From contig OY843751.1 of the NCBI GenBank assembly GCA_963693055.1, forward strand, positions 2,304,001-2,368,000: 64,000 bases of DNA, in the 5' to 3' direction. A program made the position numbers and the translations under genes. Numbering within the stretch: the first letter of the stretch is position 1; each line of letters begins with the position of its first letter. The stretch is from a bacterium (lineage in GTDB: Bacteria; Zhuqueibacterota; Zhuqueibacteria; Residuimicrobiales; Krinioviventaceae). Positions 41,998-52,240 of this stretch are shown here, in pieces. Under the pieces are notes generated by a model. It worked only from the letters and a program-made list of their open reading frames with translations, ran no database searches and was not told the origin of the DNA.

Positions 41998-43275
41998 TTA
42001 ATAGGTTGCCAGGACGTCCAGCATAAACTTGATGATGGTTATGTTTTGCACGGCCATAAAAATAATGAAAATCGAAGAGATTACAATTGAAGCGATTCTA
42101 AATTTGGATTTTAATCTCAAAATACCTGAAAACATGATGATCTCTGACAAAATCCAATGTTGGGAATACAGGAACAATTCTTTGCCATAAAAAGAATGGA
42201 ATATCCAGTTGAAAATTAACACAAGCAATGCTGCCAGTAATAGAAATTGAGAATTGGGGTCCCGAAACAATATTAGCATACCAAGCATCATGATTAATAA
42301 TAAAATAACCCGAATTATAATCAAAGGATTAATATTGTCTTGCATTGAAAATGTAATATCATATTTAGCATCAGGATTGTATGCAACAGCGCCGCTGTTA
42401 TAGTCGATATCCGGTTCCGGAGTTACAAACGCATTGGTCAATGTTTGGGTGAATTCCTGAAATTTGTTACTTGCTTCTGAGAATGAATGTGCTATAAATA
42501 ATTCATGTTTTGTACCATCCAGAACTGATTTTTCTTTGGGAAGTATAAAGGTATTCACCAATAGTGCAAAGCCAACATTAAAAACTAGGATAAATGCGGT
42601 TAAATAGGTTGTAAATTTAACTGCTGTTTTAAAACTGTATCGGATTTGATAAACAACCAATCCCCATAATATCATTACGACAACTATATTAGACAAGGTT
42701 ATTCCTGCAATCAGGATACCTAATAAGAACCATAGTGGCGTATAGAGCTTTTCTTTTTGCAGACTTGTTAATGCCAACAGGAATAATAGTGCCAACAAAA
42801 AACCGGTGATAGCAAAATGTTCAGGCATACTGTTAAAGATTAGCCTGCTAAAACTCAACATTTCAAGCAGACAGAGTATAACTGTTGAAAGAATATCGAA
42901 TCCCCATTTATAGAAAAAGATAAAGAGGATGAGGGTCTTGAATGCACCTAAAACCGGTAAAAGAAAAATGATAATATTTCTTCTGATTTCATTGGGGTGT
43001 GTTTTTATCAATCCACTATGATAAAGAACAGAAGCCAATGCTCTTATAGGTGGATGTACAAAATTTGACAAGTTGGGATGTACCCATTCATGACCACCTG
43101 GTCCCAAACCATATTGAAAGTTTTTAAGTCTAAAACTTGGGTCTGCATCAAATAAAACATTATGTTGCGAAAAAACTTGTAAATGGTCTAATTTTTTTTC
43201 AAGATAATAATTGATGAAAAAACTACAAACAAAAAGTATTGTGATGTTTGCAAAAATAAGCCATTTATCTTTCAT
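41998..43275 (-). CDS. Polytopic membrane protein, possibly a GT-C-like glycosyltransferase
   Basis: FDAD, HP and PEHF motifs in loops between many TM helices; very AT-rich. Confidence 0.5.
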   Translation of the reverse strand: MKDKWLIFANITILFVCSFFINYYLEKKLDHLQVFSQHNVLFDADPSFRLKNFQYGLGPGGHEWVHPNLSNFVHPPIRALASVLYHSGLIKTHPNEIRRNIIIFLLPVLGAFKTLILFIFFYKWGFDILSTVILCLLEMLSFSRLIFNSMPEHFAITGFLLALLFLLALTSLQKEKLYTPLWFLLGILIAGITLSNIVVVMILWGLVVYQIRYSFKTAVKFTTYLTAFILVFNVGFALLVNTFILPKEKSVLDGTKHELFIAHSFSEASNKFQEFTQTLTNAFVTPEPDIDYNSGAVAYNPDAKYDITFSMQDNINPLIIIRVILLLIMMLGMLILFRDPNSQFLLLAALLVLIFNWIFHSFYGKELFLYSQHWILSEIIMFSGILRLKSKFRIASIVISSIFIIFMAVQNITIIKFMLDVLATY

Positions 43276-43503
43276 TTATTCAACCTGATAATTTTTAGTT
43301 AGAATTATTATATTATATGAAAAAAAAATTAATATGCATAGTAAAATAATATTGAAATTTATACCCGAAATGATTTAAAGGCAGGTTTTGTTCTAGTAAC
43401 ATACAAAAAATGCCCCTGAACTTTTATTAATTTTCTGCTTTACTTTTTTTATTCATAATAAATGATTACATTTATTGTTTGGTAAAAATGGAAAGGATTT
43501 TTT

Positions 43504-46350
43504 TTGTTACAACCAATTAAAACAGGACAGCGCTGGATTAGTGAAATGGAACCCGAATTGGGTTTAGGACTTGTAGTAAAGCTGGAACATAGAAGAGCTT
43601 ATATTGAGTTTGAAGCAGGTGAATGCGTAAGGATCTATGCAATTGAAACAGCACCCATCAAGCGCGTAGAGTTTACCGTTGGAGACACTCTAAAAACCCG
43701 CGATGACGAGGAATTTACTGTTGAAAAAGTTGACGATCAGGATGGATTACTGATTTATAGCGGTAATGGATTTGAGATTATTGAATCTGATCTGAGTCCT
43801 CATATCAGTTTTACCACACCTGAAAATCGAATGTCTGCCGGGCATGTTGATCCGAATGGACTGTTTAACCTGCGCTGGGAAGCTCTACAAACCCGTTATA
43901 ATATCCTCAAATCTCCGGTTAGGGGATTTGTTGGTGGTCGTATAGATTTAATACCACATCAGCTCTATATTGCTCACGAAATTTCTGAGCGCAAAATACC
44001 TCGTGCACTATTGGCTGATGAAGTTGGTTTGGGAAAAACCATTGAAGCTTGTTTAATTATGCATCGTTTATTGGTTAGTGGTCGCATAAACCGTGTGTTG
44101 ATACTTGTACCTGAGGTTTTGATATATCAATGGTTTGTTGAATTACTTCGTCGATTTAATTTAATGTTTAGAATTATCGATGAAGATTTTATGATGGATC
44201 TGGAAGAGGAACATCCCGATGCAAATCCATTTGAGAATGAAGCTTTGGTATTATGCAGTAGTGACTTTTTTGAATATGAACCGGATAGATTTGAACAGGC
44301 AATGCAAGCGGGTTGGGACCTGTTGATTGTGGATGAAGCCCATCATTTGAAAGAAGGTACGCACGAGTATGAACTGGTTCAGGGTTTATCTTTACAAACT
44401 CCGGGATTGTTATTATTGACTGCTACTCCAGAGCAATTGGGTTTGCATGGCCATTTTGAAAGATTAAGGCTGCTTGATCCTGCTCGTTATTCGGATTATG
44501 ATGCATTTCTTAAAGAATCTGAAACATATCACAAAGTTGCCGAGTTGGGGCATGTTATACTGGGTGACAAAAAAGTCCCTGAAAAGTCAATCAAAGACAT
44601 TGAAATGATTTTTAGTGATGACAGTTCTTTGATTCAACTGATTCAGGATGCAATCAGTGGTGATGATAAATCTAAAAAGCGGTTAATGGGACATATGCTG
44701 GACCGTCATGGAATAGGCAGAGTCATGTTCCGCAATACGCGATCTGCAATGCCTGACTTTCCTAAAAGAGAAATTCATCCTGTTGAGTTAAAGGGAGAGA
44801 ACGATCCTGTTTTACTTGCAAGAATTGATAACGAGTTTTCTGGCGATACCGGTAGAATGAAATTCAAAATTTCTTATGATTTTCAAGATGATCCGCGAAT
44901 AGATTGGCTTGCAGAGTTTTTGAAAAAAAATCCCGATGAAAAGGTCCTGTTAATCTGCAGAACCCGTAGAAAAGCTCAAGCCATACATGATGCTTTGAAA
45001 AAAAAGATTGAAATAAAATCCACATTGTTTCATGAAAATATGTCAATTGTGCAAAGAGACAGGAATGCCGCATGGTTTTCAGAACCAGATGGTGCGCGGT
45101 TATTGATCAGTTCAGAGATTGGTAGTGAGGGACGTAATTTTCAGTTTTCTCACCACCTGGTTTTTGTTGATCTTCCTGTTAACCCTGAATTGCTTGAACA
45201 GCGTATTGGACGTTTAGACCGTATAGGGCAAACTTCAACAATCCATATACATGTTTTGTTTATACCCAATACGGCTTATGGAATGTTGTTTGATTGGTAC
45301 CGTAATGGTATAAATGCATTTGAAAAACATGTTCCCGGAGCAAGACAGGTTTATGAAGAATTTAAAGAGCCATTGTGGGAAATGTTAGGACAGGCAAACA
45401 GTTCACCGAACCAAAAAAAATATGAAAAACTGATCAAAGATACCCGTGATTTTAGTGAGAAGCTTGAGCAAAAGCTGGAGGAAGGTAGAGACCGTTTGTT
45501 AGAGCTCCATTCATTTCGTCCCGAAGCTGCTGCTGCGCTTGTAGATTTAATAGAATCAGAAGGGAAAAACACCCGTCTTGATCAATTGATGCATTTGATT
45601 TGGGAGTTTTATGGCATCAATTCAGATGATATTGATATTGAAAAACGTACATTTCGATTGACTCCCGGTGATTTAAAAATTGACGCCTTTCCAGGTTTTA
45701 ATCCCAAGGGAATGATTGTATCCTTTGATCGTGAAAAAGCTATTGAAAGGGAAGATATTATATTCCTCAGTAATGATCATCCTATGGTTCATGGCGCGCT
45801 TGATCTGGTATTGGGAAGCGAATTGGGTAATAGTACCTTGGCTATTTTGCAAAATAACCACGAGTCTGGTATTTTACTTGAAACAATTTATGTTCTGGAA
45901 TGTCTTGCTCCTCTTCGTTTGCAGGTTGATCGTTTTCTTGCTCCCACACCTTTAAGAGTTTTAGTTGAACCCGGTGGTAAGGAAAAATCTGAAGAGTTTA
46001 GTGAAATCCAATTGAAAAAACGTTTAAAAACTCCTGTTCAAGCAGGACAATTGCTTGATTCTATGCCTATTAAAACAGAATTATTACCGGATCTTTTAAA
46101 ACAAAGCAAGCTGATTGCACAGGAAAAAGCTTCTCAAATAATCAAATCTGCTCTTGAACAAACGGAACAATCTCTGGGTGATGAAATTAAAAGATTAAAG
46201 GCACTAAAGCAGGTTAATGATCATGTAAGTGATGAAGAAATCAAACTTGCCGAACAAGAAAAGCAGGAGATTGTTGCAAATATTAAAACCGCACGAATTC
46301 GTTTGGATGCTTTGCGTTTGATTATTGTTGGAGATTTTTCAAATGATTGA
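43504..46350 (+). CDS. rapA: RNA polymerase-associated SNF2 ATPase RapA
   Basis: GQRWISEMEPELGLG, LADEVGLGKTIEA, DEAHH, SEIGSEGRNFQF, EQRIGRLDRIGQ, RLDALRLI. Confidence 0.93.
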   Translation: MLQPIKTGQRWISEMEPELGLGLVVKLEHRRAYIEFEAGECVRIYAIETAPIKRVEFTVGDTLKTRDDEEFTVEKVDDQDGLLIYSGNGFEIIESDLSPHISFTTPENRMSAGHVDPNGLFNLRWEALQTRYNILKSPVRGFVGGRIDLIPHQLYIAHEISERKIPRALLADEVGLGKTIEACLIMHRLLVSGRINRVLILVPEVLIYQWFVELLRRFNLMFRIIDEDFMMDLEEEHPDANPFENEALVLCSSDFFEYEPDRFEQAMQAGWDLLIVDEAHHLKEGTHEYELVQGLSLQTPGLLLLTATPEQLGLHGHFERLRLLDPARYSDYDAFLKESETYHKVAELGHVILGDKKVPEKSIKDIEMIFSDDSSLIQLIQDAISGDDKSKKRLMGHMLDRHGIGRVMFRNTRSAMPDFPKREIHPVELKGENDPVLLARIDNEFSGDTGRMKFKISYDFQDDPRIDWLAEFLKKNPDEKVLLICRTRRKAQAIHDALKKKIEIKSTLFHENMSIVQRDRNAAWFSEPDGARLLISSEIGSEGRNFQFSHHLVFVDLPVNPELLEQRIGRLDRIGQTSTIHIHVLFIPNTAYGMLFDWYRNGINAFEKHVPGARQVYEEFKEPLWEMLGQANSSPNQKKYEKLIKDTRDFSEKLEQKLEEGRDRLLELHSFRPEAAAALVDLIESEGKNTRLDQLMHLIWEFYGINSDDIDIEKRTFRLTPGDLKIDAFPGFNPKGMIVSFDREKAIEREDIIFLSNDHPMVHGALDLVLGSELGNSTLAILQNNHESGILLETIYVLECLAPLRLQVDRFLAPTPLRVLVEPGGKEKSEEFSEIQLKKRLKTPVQAGQLLDSMPIKTELLPDLLKQSKLIAQEKASQIIKSALEQTEQSLGDEIKRLKALKQVNDHVSDEEIKLAEQEKQEIVANIKTARIRLDALRLIIVGDFSND

Positions 46351-46987
46351 TGATTTAAATACTGGTAAAGGCATACCCAAGTGGTTAGACTGGGCCAGAA
46401 GAATACAGTCTATAGCCCAAACCGGACTGGCTTTTAATCAATCAGAATATGATATAGAACGTTTTAACCAGTTGCAAAATATTGCGGCAGAGATTATAGA
46501 AGAACATACTGAACTCAAAAAAACAGGCTTGTTTGAAAATTTTAATCTACAAAAAGGTTATGCTACACCCAAAATTGATGTAAGGGGGGCTGTAGTTAAA
46601 GATGGACAAATTCTACTTGTGCAGGAAAAATCAGATGAGCATTGGTGTATGCCCGGAGGATGGGCTGATGTGGGGGAAGGTCCGGCAGATTCAGTGGTTC
46701 GTGAGATACGTGAAGAAAGCGGCTTTGAAACTAAAGTTGTTAAGATAGTGGGTGTGTATGATGCCAATAGAAGCGGTAGACAATTGGAATTGTACCATGC
46801 TTTTAAAGTTGTTTTTATGTGTGAACTGCTAGGTGGAAAAGCCACACCCAGCAATGAAACGCTTGCTGTAGAATTTTATGATTTCGATTCTTTGCCGGAA
46901 CTCTCTCAAAACCGTACCAACACATATCATCTTGAACATGTTTTTAGGCATGTCCAAAATCCTAACGAATTAACGTTTTTTGATTAA
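46343..46987 (+). CDS. NUDIX hydrolase with a Nudix_N domain (YjhB-like)
   Basis: IAQTGLAF, GYATPKIDVR, Nudix box GG.ADVGE......REIREESG. Confidence 0.9.
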   Translation: MIDDLNTGKGIPKWLDWARRIQSIAQTGLAFNQSEYDIERFNQLQNIAAEIIEEHTELKKTGLFENFNLQKGYATPKIDVRGAVVKDGQILLVQEKSDEHWCMPGGWADVGEGPADSVVREIREESGFETKVVKIVGVYDANRSGRQLELYHAFKVVFMCELLGGKATPSNETLAVEFYDFDSLPELSQNRTNTYHLEHVFRHVQNPNELTFFD

Positions 46988-47741
46988 AATGATAAAGTCG
47001 GTTATAACCATAGGTACAGGGGCAGGTTATGCCTCACCTGAAAGAGGTGGAGCTGCCAATTTGGTGTTTATAGATGGCGAATCCATCTTGTTTGATTGTG
47101 GTGAAGGAACTGCCGGCTGGATGAATAAATTGCATATAACGAATGATCTGTCTGTTATTTTTATATCTCATTTACATGCAGATCACATAGCTGGCTTGTT
47201 TGTCTTGTTGCAAAATATGAAGATTCTAAAAAGAAAGAAATTACTCGAGATTTTTTTACCCGGCCCCGGAATAAATGACCTGTCAAACTTTATATCTGCA
47301 GTTTATCTTGATCCTGAAATTGATAACATGCCGTTTCCCATTCAATTAAAACCCATATCTGTTGGCACTCTGTATGCAAATCCTTTTTATTATGTGAATG
47401 CATGGGAATCTGATCATTTTTCTCAAGATATCCTAAAGAATAGAGAACAACGCCCTGTTTTTGGATTTACATTAATCACCTCAGAAACTGATACACTAGT
47501 CTATACGGGAGATATTACGAGTATCGAGTGTATAATTTCTGAATTAAATAAAAAAGCCACACTTGTTTGCGAATCTACACATACCAGCCCAAGTGAGATA
47601 GTTGACATTGCAAAACAAAAGCATATCAAACGTGTTATTTTTACTCATATTGCACCCGATTTTGATGGAAATCAACAAGAGCTAGTTGAGCAGAATGATT
47701 TTGTATCTTTTGCAAAAGATGGACAACGATATATTTGGTAA
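46980..47741 (+). CDS. MBL-fold hydrolase, RNase Z-like
   Basis: FDCGEG, SHLHADH, YTGD, FTHI; start could also be ATG 46989. Confidence 0.8.
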   Translation: MIKMIKSVITIGTGAGYASPERGGAANLVFIDGESILFDCGEGTAGWMNKLHITNDLSVIFISHLHADHIAGLFVLLQNMKILKRKKLLEIFLPGPGINDLSNFISAVYLDPEIDNMPFPIQLKPISVGTLYANPFYYVNAWESDHFSQDILKNREQRPVFGFTLITSETDTLVYTGDITSIECIISELNKKATLVCESTHTSPSEIVDIAKQKHIKRVIFTHIAPDFDGNQQELVEQNDFVSFAKDGQRYIW

Positions 47742-47753
47742 AAAAGCTCTTTT

Positions 47754-47770
47754 TTGGCAAAAAAATTGCA
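47754..47770 (+). promoter_or_regulatory. Candidate sigma54 promoter
   Basis: TTGGCAAAAAAATTGCA (GG-N10-GC). Confidence 0.5.
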
Positions 47771-47851
47771 ATATGATTTTATGTAAGGTATATTGTGTAG
47801 AATTACACAAGGTGACTTGGTGGGGGGGTAAAAAATATAGGATAAATTGAC

Positions 47852-48724
47852 ATGATACTTGTGGTTGAAGATGACCAGATTACCCAAACCATTGTTGCGA
47901 AAATTTTGAGCAAAGCTCAGTTTGAACTTGATATAACATCAGATGCATATCAGGCAATTACCAACATTCGTCAAAATCAATACCTGGTTGCAGTTGTTGA
48001 CCTGGTTTTACCTGGTCCCATGAATGGTATTAATTTAATCAAACAAATCAAAAAATATTCTCCAGCAACGCAAATTATCGCTTGTTCAGCATATGGTTCA
48101 CAACAACAAAGCCGATTGGCAGCACGTGCCGGTGCGGATCTTTTTCTATTAAAACCCTTTAAACCCAATGAACTTGTTGCTGCTGTAACTAAATTATCAG
48201 GTGGAGCATCAAATACAATCTCTATTCGAAATAAAAATGCCCGCAAAGACATTAATCAACTTCGGCCTTTGTTGTTTAATCAATTCCCCGAAGTTGTTGT
48301 TGAAGATATTATGAAACTCGGTAAATTAACCCAACTGGGTTTCAAAGAAATGCATGTTATCAATTTTACCGAAGAAATTGCCATTGTACTTGAAGGATCA
48401 TGCAGGTGTTTGTTTTCCAATAGGGATTTGGGTGTTTTGAAAGCTTTTGAATCCATTGGTCAGGAATTTATTGCTGAGGGATTTGATCCTGATTCAACTT
48501 TAAATATTCAGGCATTAATGCCAACAGAGCTGTTTGTTATTAGAAGTGTTGAACTGGTTAAATTTCTTCACAGTCAGCAAAGTGATTTGTTACAAAAATT
48601 GAAAAATAACATAAGATTTATGCATACAAAAAGCCTGTTCACTTTGGCTCTCAAGAGCAATGCCAGTGCTGCAACAGGAGCTGATGCAGTAAATTTTGAC
48701 GATACCAGTCTATTAGGATTATAA
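47852..48724 (+). CDS. Response regulator with a C-terminal degenerate cNMP-binding-like domain
   Basis: ILVVEDD, VVDLVLP, FLLKPF; later IVLEGSC...ESIGQ...IQALMPTELF. Confidence 0.75.
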   Translation: MILVVEDDQITQTIVAKILSKAQFELDITSDAYQAITNIRQNQYLVAVVDLVLPGPMNGINLIKQIKKYSPATQIIACSAYGSQQQSRLAARAGADLFLLKPFKPNELVAAVTKLSGGASNTISIRNKNARKDINQLRPLLFNQFPEVVVEDIMKLGKLTQLGFKEMHVINFTEEIAIVLEGSCRCLFSNRDLGVLKAFESIGQEFIAEGFDPDSTLNIQALMPTELFVIRSVELVKFLHSQQSDLLQKLKNNIRFMHTKSLFTLALKSNASAATGADAVNFDDTSLLGL

Positions 48725-48737
48725 TTTAGGAATTTGA

Positions 48738-49355
48738 GTGAATCAATACCTTTATTTATCTATTCTTTGGATGCTTTGGTGCTTTTTGCATAGTCTTTTT
48801 ATTGCTTCCGCTTTTGTCAAAAAGGCCGAAAATAAAATGGGGGATTCATTTCGATATTATCGGTTGATTTATAATCTTTTTGCATTCATTTCCCTGGTTC
48901 CAATCTATCTGTATACCCGTTCCTTATATATCAGACCCTTTTGGGTTTGGGATGGTACACTTTTAATTGTTAAATATTTATTATTATTTACCGGATTTGC
49001 TCTGTTATGGCTTGGGGCAAAAAGTTTTAGTATGAAACAGTTTATTGGTATTTCACAGGTTTTGAAAGGGAATTCTTTCCGCACCTTGAATAAAAAAGGC
49101 GATATCAGTTCAAGCGGAGTATTGAGATATATTAGGCACCCTTGGTATACCAGTGGAATTTTATTAATTTGGTCTCAGGATTTTGATATTACCAGGTTAA
49201 TCGTTGCATTTATTTTAACGATTTATCTTTTGCTGGGCGCTTTTATTGAAGAACGTAAGCTTTTGAATGAATTTGGAGATTCTTATAAAAATTACCGGAA
49301 AAATGTGTCCATGTTTTTCCCGGTAAAATTTATTCGAAAAAAGTTTAATATATAG
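48738..49355 (+). CDS. Isoprenylcysteine carboxylmethyltransferase/NnrU-like membrane methyltransferase
   Basis: LHS, YIRHPWY, EERKL...FGDSYKNYRKNV. Confidence 0.8.
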   Translation: MNQYLYLSILWMLWCFLHSLFIASAFVKKAENKMGDSFRYYRLIYNLFAFISLVPIYLYTRSLYIRPFWVWDGTLLIVKYLLLFTGFALLWLGAKSFSMKQFIGISQVLKGNSFRTLNKKGDISSSGVLRYIRHPWYTSGILLIWSQDFDITRLIVAFILTIYLLLGAFIEERKLLNEFGDSYKNYRKNVSMFFPVKFIRKKFNI

Positions 49356-49362
49356 TATTGTA

Positions 49363-49596
49363 TTATTTACTTAACCATTCTAATATCTGGTTTTCATCAG
49401 GTAATTTCCCTGAACTCATAACCTGACCATCAACAACAAGTGCCGGAGTCATCATGATTCCATATGAAAGGATGTCATTAATTTCAGTCACTTTTTCAAG
49501 TTCAATATTAATATTGTTTGTTGATGCTACTTGTTTAACACGATCTTCCAGCATATTACATTTGGGGCATCCGGTGCCCAGTACTTTAACATTCAT
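49363..49596 (-). CDS. Small thioredoxin-like redox-active disulfide protein
   Basis: VKVLGTGCPKC, YGIMMTPALVVDG. Confidence 0.9.
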   Translation of the reverse strand: MNVKVLGTGCPKCNMLEDRVKQVASTNNINIELEKVTEINDILSYGIMMTPALVVDGQVMSSGKLPDENQILEWLSK

Positions 49597-49607
49597 TTGA
49601 ATTCCTT

Positions 49608-50387
49608 TTATTTTGTTTTTATTTTATTAAATAATTCAGGTAATTTTGTGTTGTAAAAATCTATAATTTTTTCTTGAGTATCTCCCAGGGGTTTTACCGG
49701 AACGAGATCCTGGACTTGTTCATATAAAAGTCCCGAATTAAACAATGTTTTAAGTGATGTATCTGTCATGACTTTGACCGCAGAAACGGCTTCATCCGCA
49801 TCCATACCAAATTGTTCTGCCAATTGGTGCAGTGTATGCCATTGAAACCACATATATGTTGGACCCATTGCAACTATCATTGCATATGCTTCCAGTTTTG
49901 CTTCGGCTACCAATGGAACTTGTCCCAAATATTTAAAAGCCGAAAATACTTTTTCCTGCTCTTGCGTGGTAACAGATGTTGAAAAACAAATTGGATTTAA
50001 CCCTTCATTAATGATAGATGCCGCGCTGGGAATTGTACGAACAATCTTTTTATGTTTGTTCAGCCCTTCTGAAATAACCTGAATTGTGAACTTGGGTGCC
50101 AGTGAAATGATTAAAGTGTTTTCATCAACATAATCTTTAATCGAATCCAATACTGATTTTATAACTGGTGGGTGTACAGCAATCACTATTGTGCTAAATT
50201 CTTTAATATTTGAGTCTATTGATCCCGCTGTTTGAATGCCGAATTTTCTTTTCAGTTCTGCGTTAACATTAGCATCAGGATCAAATACCGTAATATTGTC
50301 GAGTGGTATATTGCTGTTTGCCCAACCTTGAAGCATAAAGTTTACAACTCTTCCACCACCAATAAATAAAATTTTTGAATTTAACAT
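49608..50387 (-). CDS. Pyrroline-5-carboxylate reductase-like oxidoreductase
   Basis: FIGGGR, IAVHP, ISLAP, VRTIP, AMGPTY; GGAGG RBS. Confidence 0.7.
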   Translation of the reverse strand: MLNSKILFIGGGRVVNFMLQGWANSNIPLDNITVFDPDANVNAELKRKFGIQTAGSIDSNIKEFSTIVIAVHPPVIKSVLDSIKDYVDENTLIISLAPKFTIQVISEGLNKHKKIVRTIPSAASIINEGLNPICFSTSVTTQEQEKVFSAFKYLGQVPLVAEAKLEAYAMIVAMGPTYMWFQWHTLHQLAEQFGMDADEAVSAVKVMTDTSLKTLFNSGLLYEQVQDLVPVKPLGDTQEKIIDFYNTKLPELFNKIKTK

Positions 50388-50423
50388 TGTCCCTCCAATT
50401 GTAATATTATTTAAAGTTTAGTG

Positions 50424-50438
50424 CATATGACCATAGGA
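50424..50438 (+). repeat. Left inverted repeat CATATGACCATAGGA
   Basis: 14/15 match to the reverse complement of 52241-52255. Confidence 0.85.
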
Positions 50439-50476
50439 ATCATTGTTTTAATAAAAACAGAAATAAGGAGATTCTT

Positions 50477-51316
50477 ATGGCAGATGTTAAAAATAATTAT
50501 GGTTTAAAAAGACTCGAATCCAAGACAGCTAAAAACGCTATTGTCCAAAAACTGTCTCAGGATTTCAATTTGACTCCTATTATTGCCGAAGCTTACTATC
50601 AACAATTTGACCAATACTTTCAGGAACATTCCAACATTTCATTATCAGGAGGTGAAGTCGCTTATGAAGCTGTTGCCGCTGAAGAACCAGCCGGCAAACA
50701 TATCAGATTAACCCGAAAGCTTACGGTCCGTCTCAAACTAATTGACTTTAATACAGATCTGCAAGCCCTGGCTAATTATGGCCTTGCCGGACTTAGACGA
50801 CACCGGATCGCCCGTCTGACTCGACAAGCCTATGATCAGGGTGCTTTACTCAGCTATGAAGACCTGGCAATGCTTTTAACCACCAGTCCGGCCACTGTTA
50901 AACGTGACATTTATCATCTCCGTCATCACGGTATGTTTATCATGACACGAGGTATGAAACATGACATGGGTCCCGGACTGTCTCATAAAACCATCATTAT
51001 TGATCTGTATCTTAAAGGTTATACCTTTTCAGAAATAGAACAAAAAACCAATCATTCTGAAACCAGCATCAAACGTTACCTCGCTGACTTTATGCAGATC
51101 GCCCTTTTATACAAGGAAAATTTCTCTCCGAACCAGATTCGACTCATTGCAAAGAAATCCGACCGCCTGGTGCGCGAGTATATCCAACTCTACCAAACCT
51201 ATCTTCAACAAAACAATACGCGATTAAACGATCTGTTATCTCCTGCGGAACCTGGTGGCGACGCGAAAAAAAAATCCATTCCTCAACATCTATCAGGAGG
51301 CAAAGAAAATGAGTAA
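50477..51316 (+). CDS. DUF1670-like protein A
   Basis: AAGGAG RBS; QAYDQGALLSYEDLAMLL, TRG..HDMGPGLSHK, HSETSIKRY; two HTH-like regions. Confidence 0.8.
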   Translation: MADVKNNYGLKRLESKTAKNAIVQKLSQDFNLTPIIAEAYYQQFDQYFQEHSNISLSGGEVAYEAVAAEEPAGKHIRLTRKLTVRLKLIDFNTDLQALANYGLAGLRRHRIARLTRQAYDQGALLSYEDLAMLLTTSPATVKRDIYHLRHHGMFIMTRGMKHDMGPGLSHKTIIIDLYLKGYTFSEIEQKTNHSETSIKRYLADFMQIALLYKENFSPNQIRLIAKKSDRLVREYIQLYQTYLQQNNTRLNDLLSPAEPGGDAKKKSIPQHLSGGKENE

Positions 51317-52133
51317 ACCTTTGACTAAAGAACAAATTCAACTCAAAAAAATGAGACGACTTAAAGATAAAGATCTCAAGCAGTTACTACTGTACAACTT
51401 TTTGAATAGCTATGGCTATGACAAAGGAGCCATCACTGCCAATGCCATCATTGATGATATCCTTAAAATCATTGATGACTATTTCCTTGTCTCCTCTATT
51501 GATGATGACTTGCACCATATTCACTATGGGCAACTCGTCTGGATGGCTGTTCCTGTCGATGAATACCCCAAACGCGGAAAAAGTATTGCCGCTACCCGAA
51601 TGAAACCCGTTGTCCTCTCTTTCATTACTGATCAGGATACTTCTCATATCGCGCATGGTTTTGATTCCAAAACTTTAAGGAAAAGACGCCTCAAACGTTG
51701 GGTTGATGAAGCTTTTGATCAAGGTGCTCTGCTTACTCAACTTGACCTGGCTATGTTACTCGGTGTCTGTGATGCCGTTGTCAGTAAATATGTAAATGAA
51801 ATCCAAAAAGAAGGGCATCTCTTACCAACGCGTGGCAACATCCATGATCTTTCCGGCGCTATTACTCATAAACGCGAAATTATCACTCTGTATCTTGAGG
51901 GATATCTCACTCCCGAAATCGCTTTGAAAACCAAACACAGCAACGAAGCGGTTGACAGGTATATCAAAGATTACCATCGTGTTGAATTACTTTGGAAGCA
52001 TGACATTAAAAACCTTGATCAAATCAGCCAGCTGGCAAGACTTTCCAAACGTGTCATACAACAATATGTTGATCTTTTGCCTGATAAAATTAAAAATCAA
52101 AGGAGTCAGTTGAATCTTTCAAAGAACAATTAG
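51309..52133 (+). CDS. DUF1670-like protein B (paralog of A)
   Basis: AGGAGG RBS, 8-bp overlap with A; EAFDQGALLTQLDLAMLL, PTRG..HDLSGAITHK, HSNEAVDRY. Confidence 0.8.
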   Translation: MSKPLTKEQIQLKKMRRLKDKDLKQLLLYNFLNSYGYDKGAITANAIIDDILKIIDDYFLVSSIDDDLHHIHYGQLVWMAVPVDEYPKRGKSIAATRMKPVVLSFITDQDTSHIAHGFDSKTLRKRRLKRWVDEAFDQGALLTQLDLAMLLGVCDAVVSKYVNEIQKEGHLLPTRGNIHDLSGAITHKREIITLYLEGYLTPEIALKTKHSNEAVDRYIKDYHRVELLWKHDIKNLDQISQLARLSKRVIQQYVDLLPDKIKNQRSQLNLSKNN

Positions 52134-52240
52134 TTGCTTTTATATTTCCCTTTTATTACTTTCAGAATGACAGATCACCAAATTTATTAATGATCTGACG
52201 CTCCGTTGTATTTTTAGGGGGTTTTATAAATTTCTTTTTC

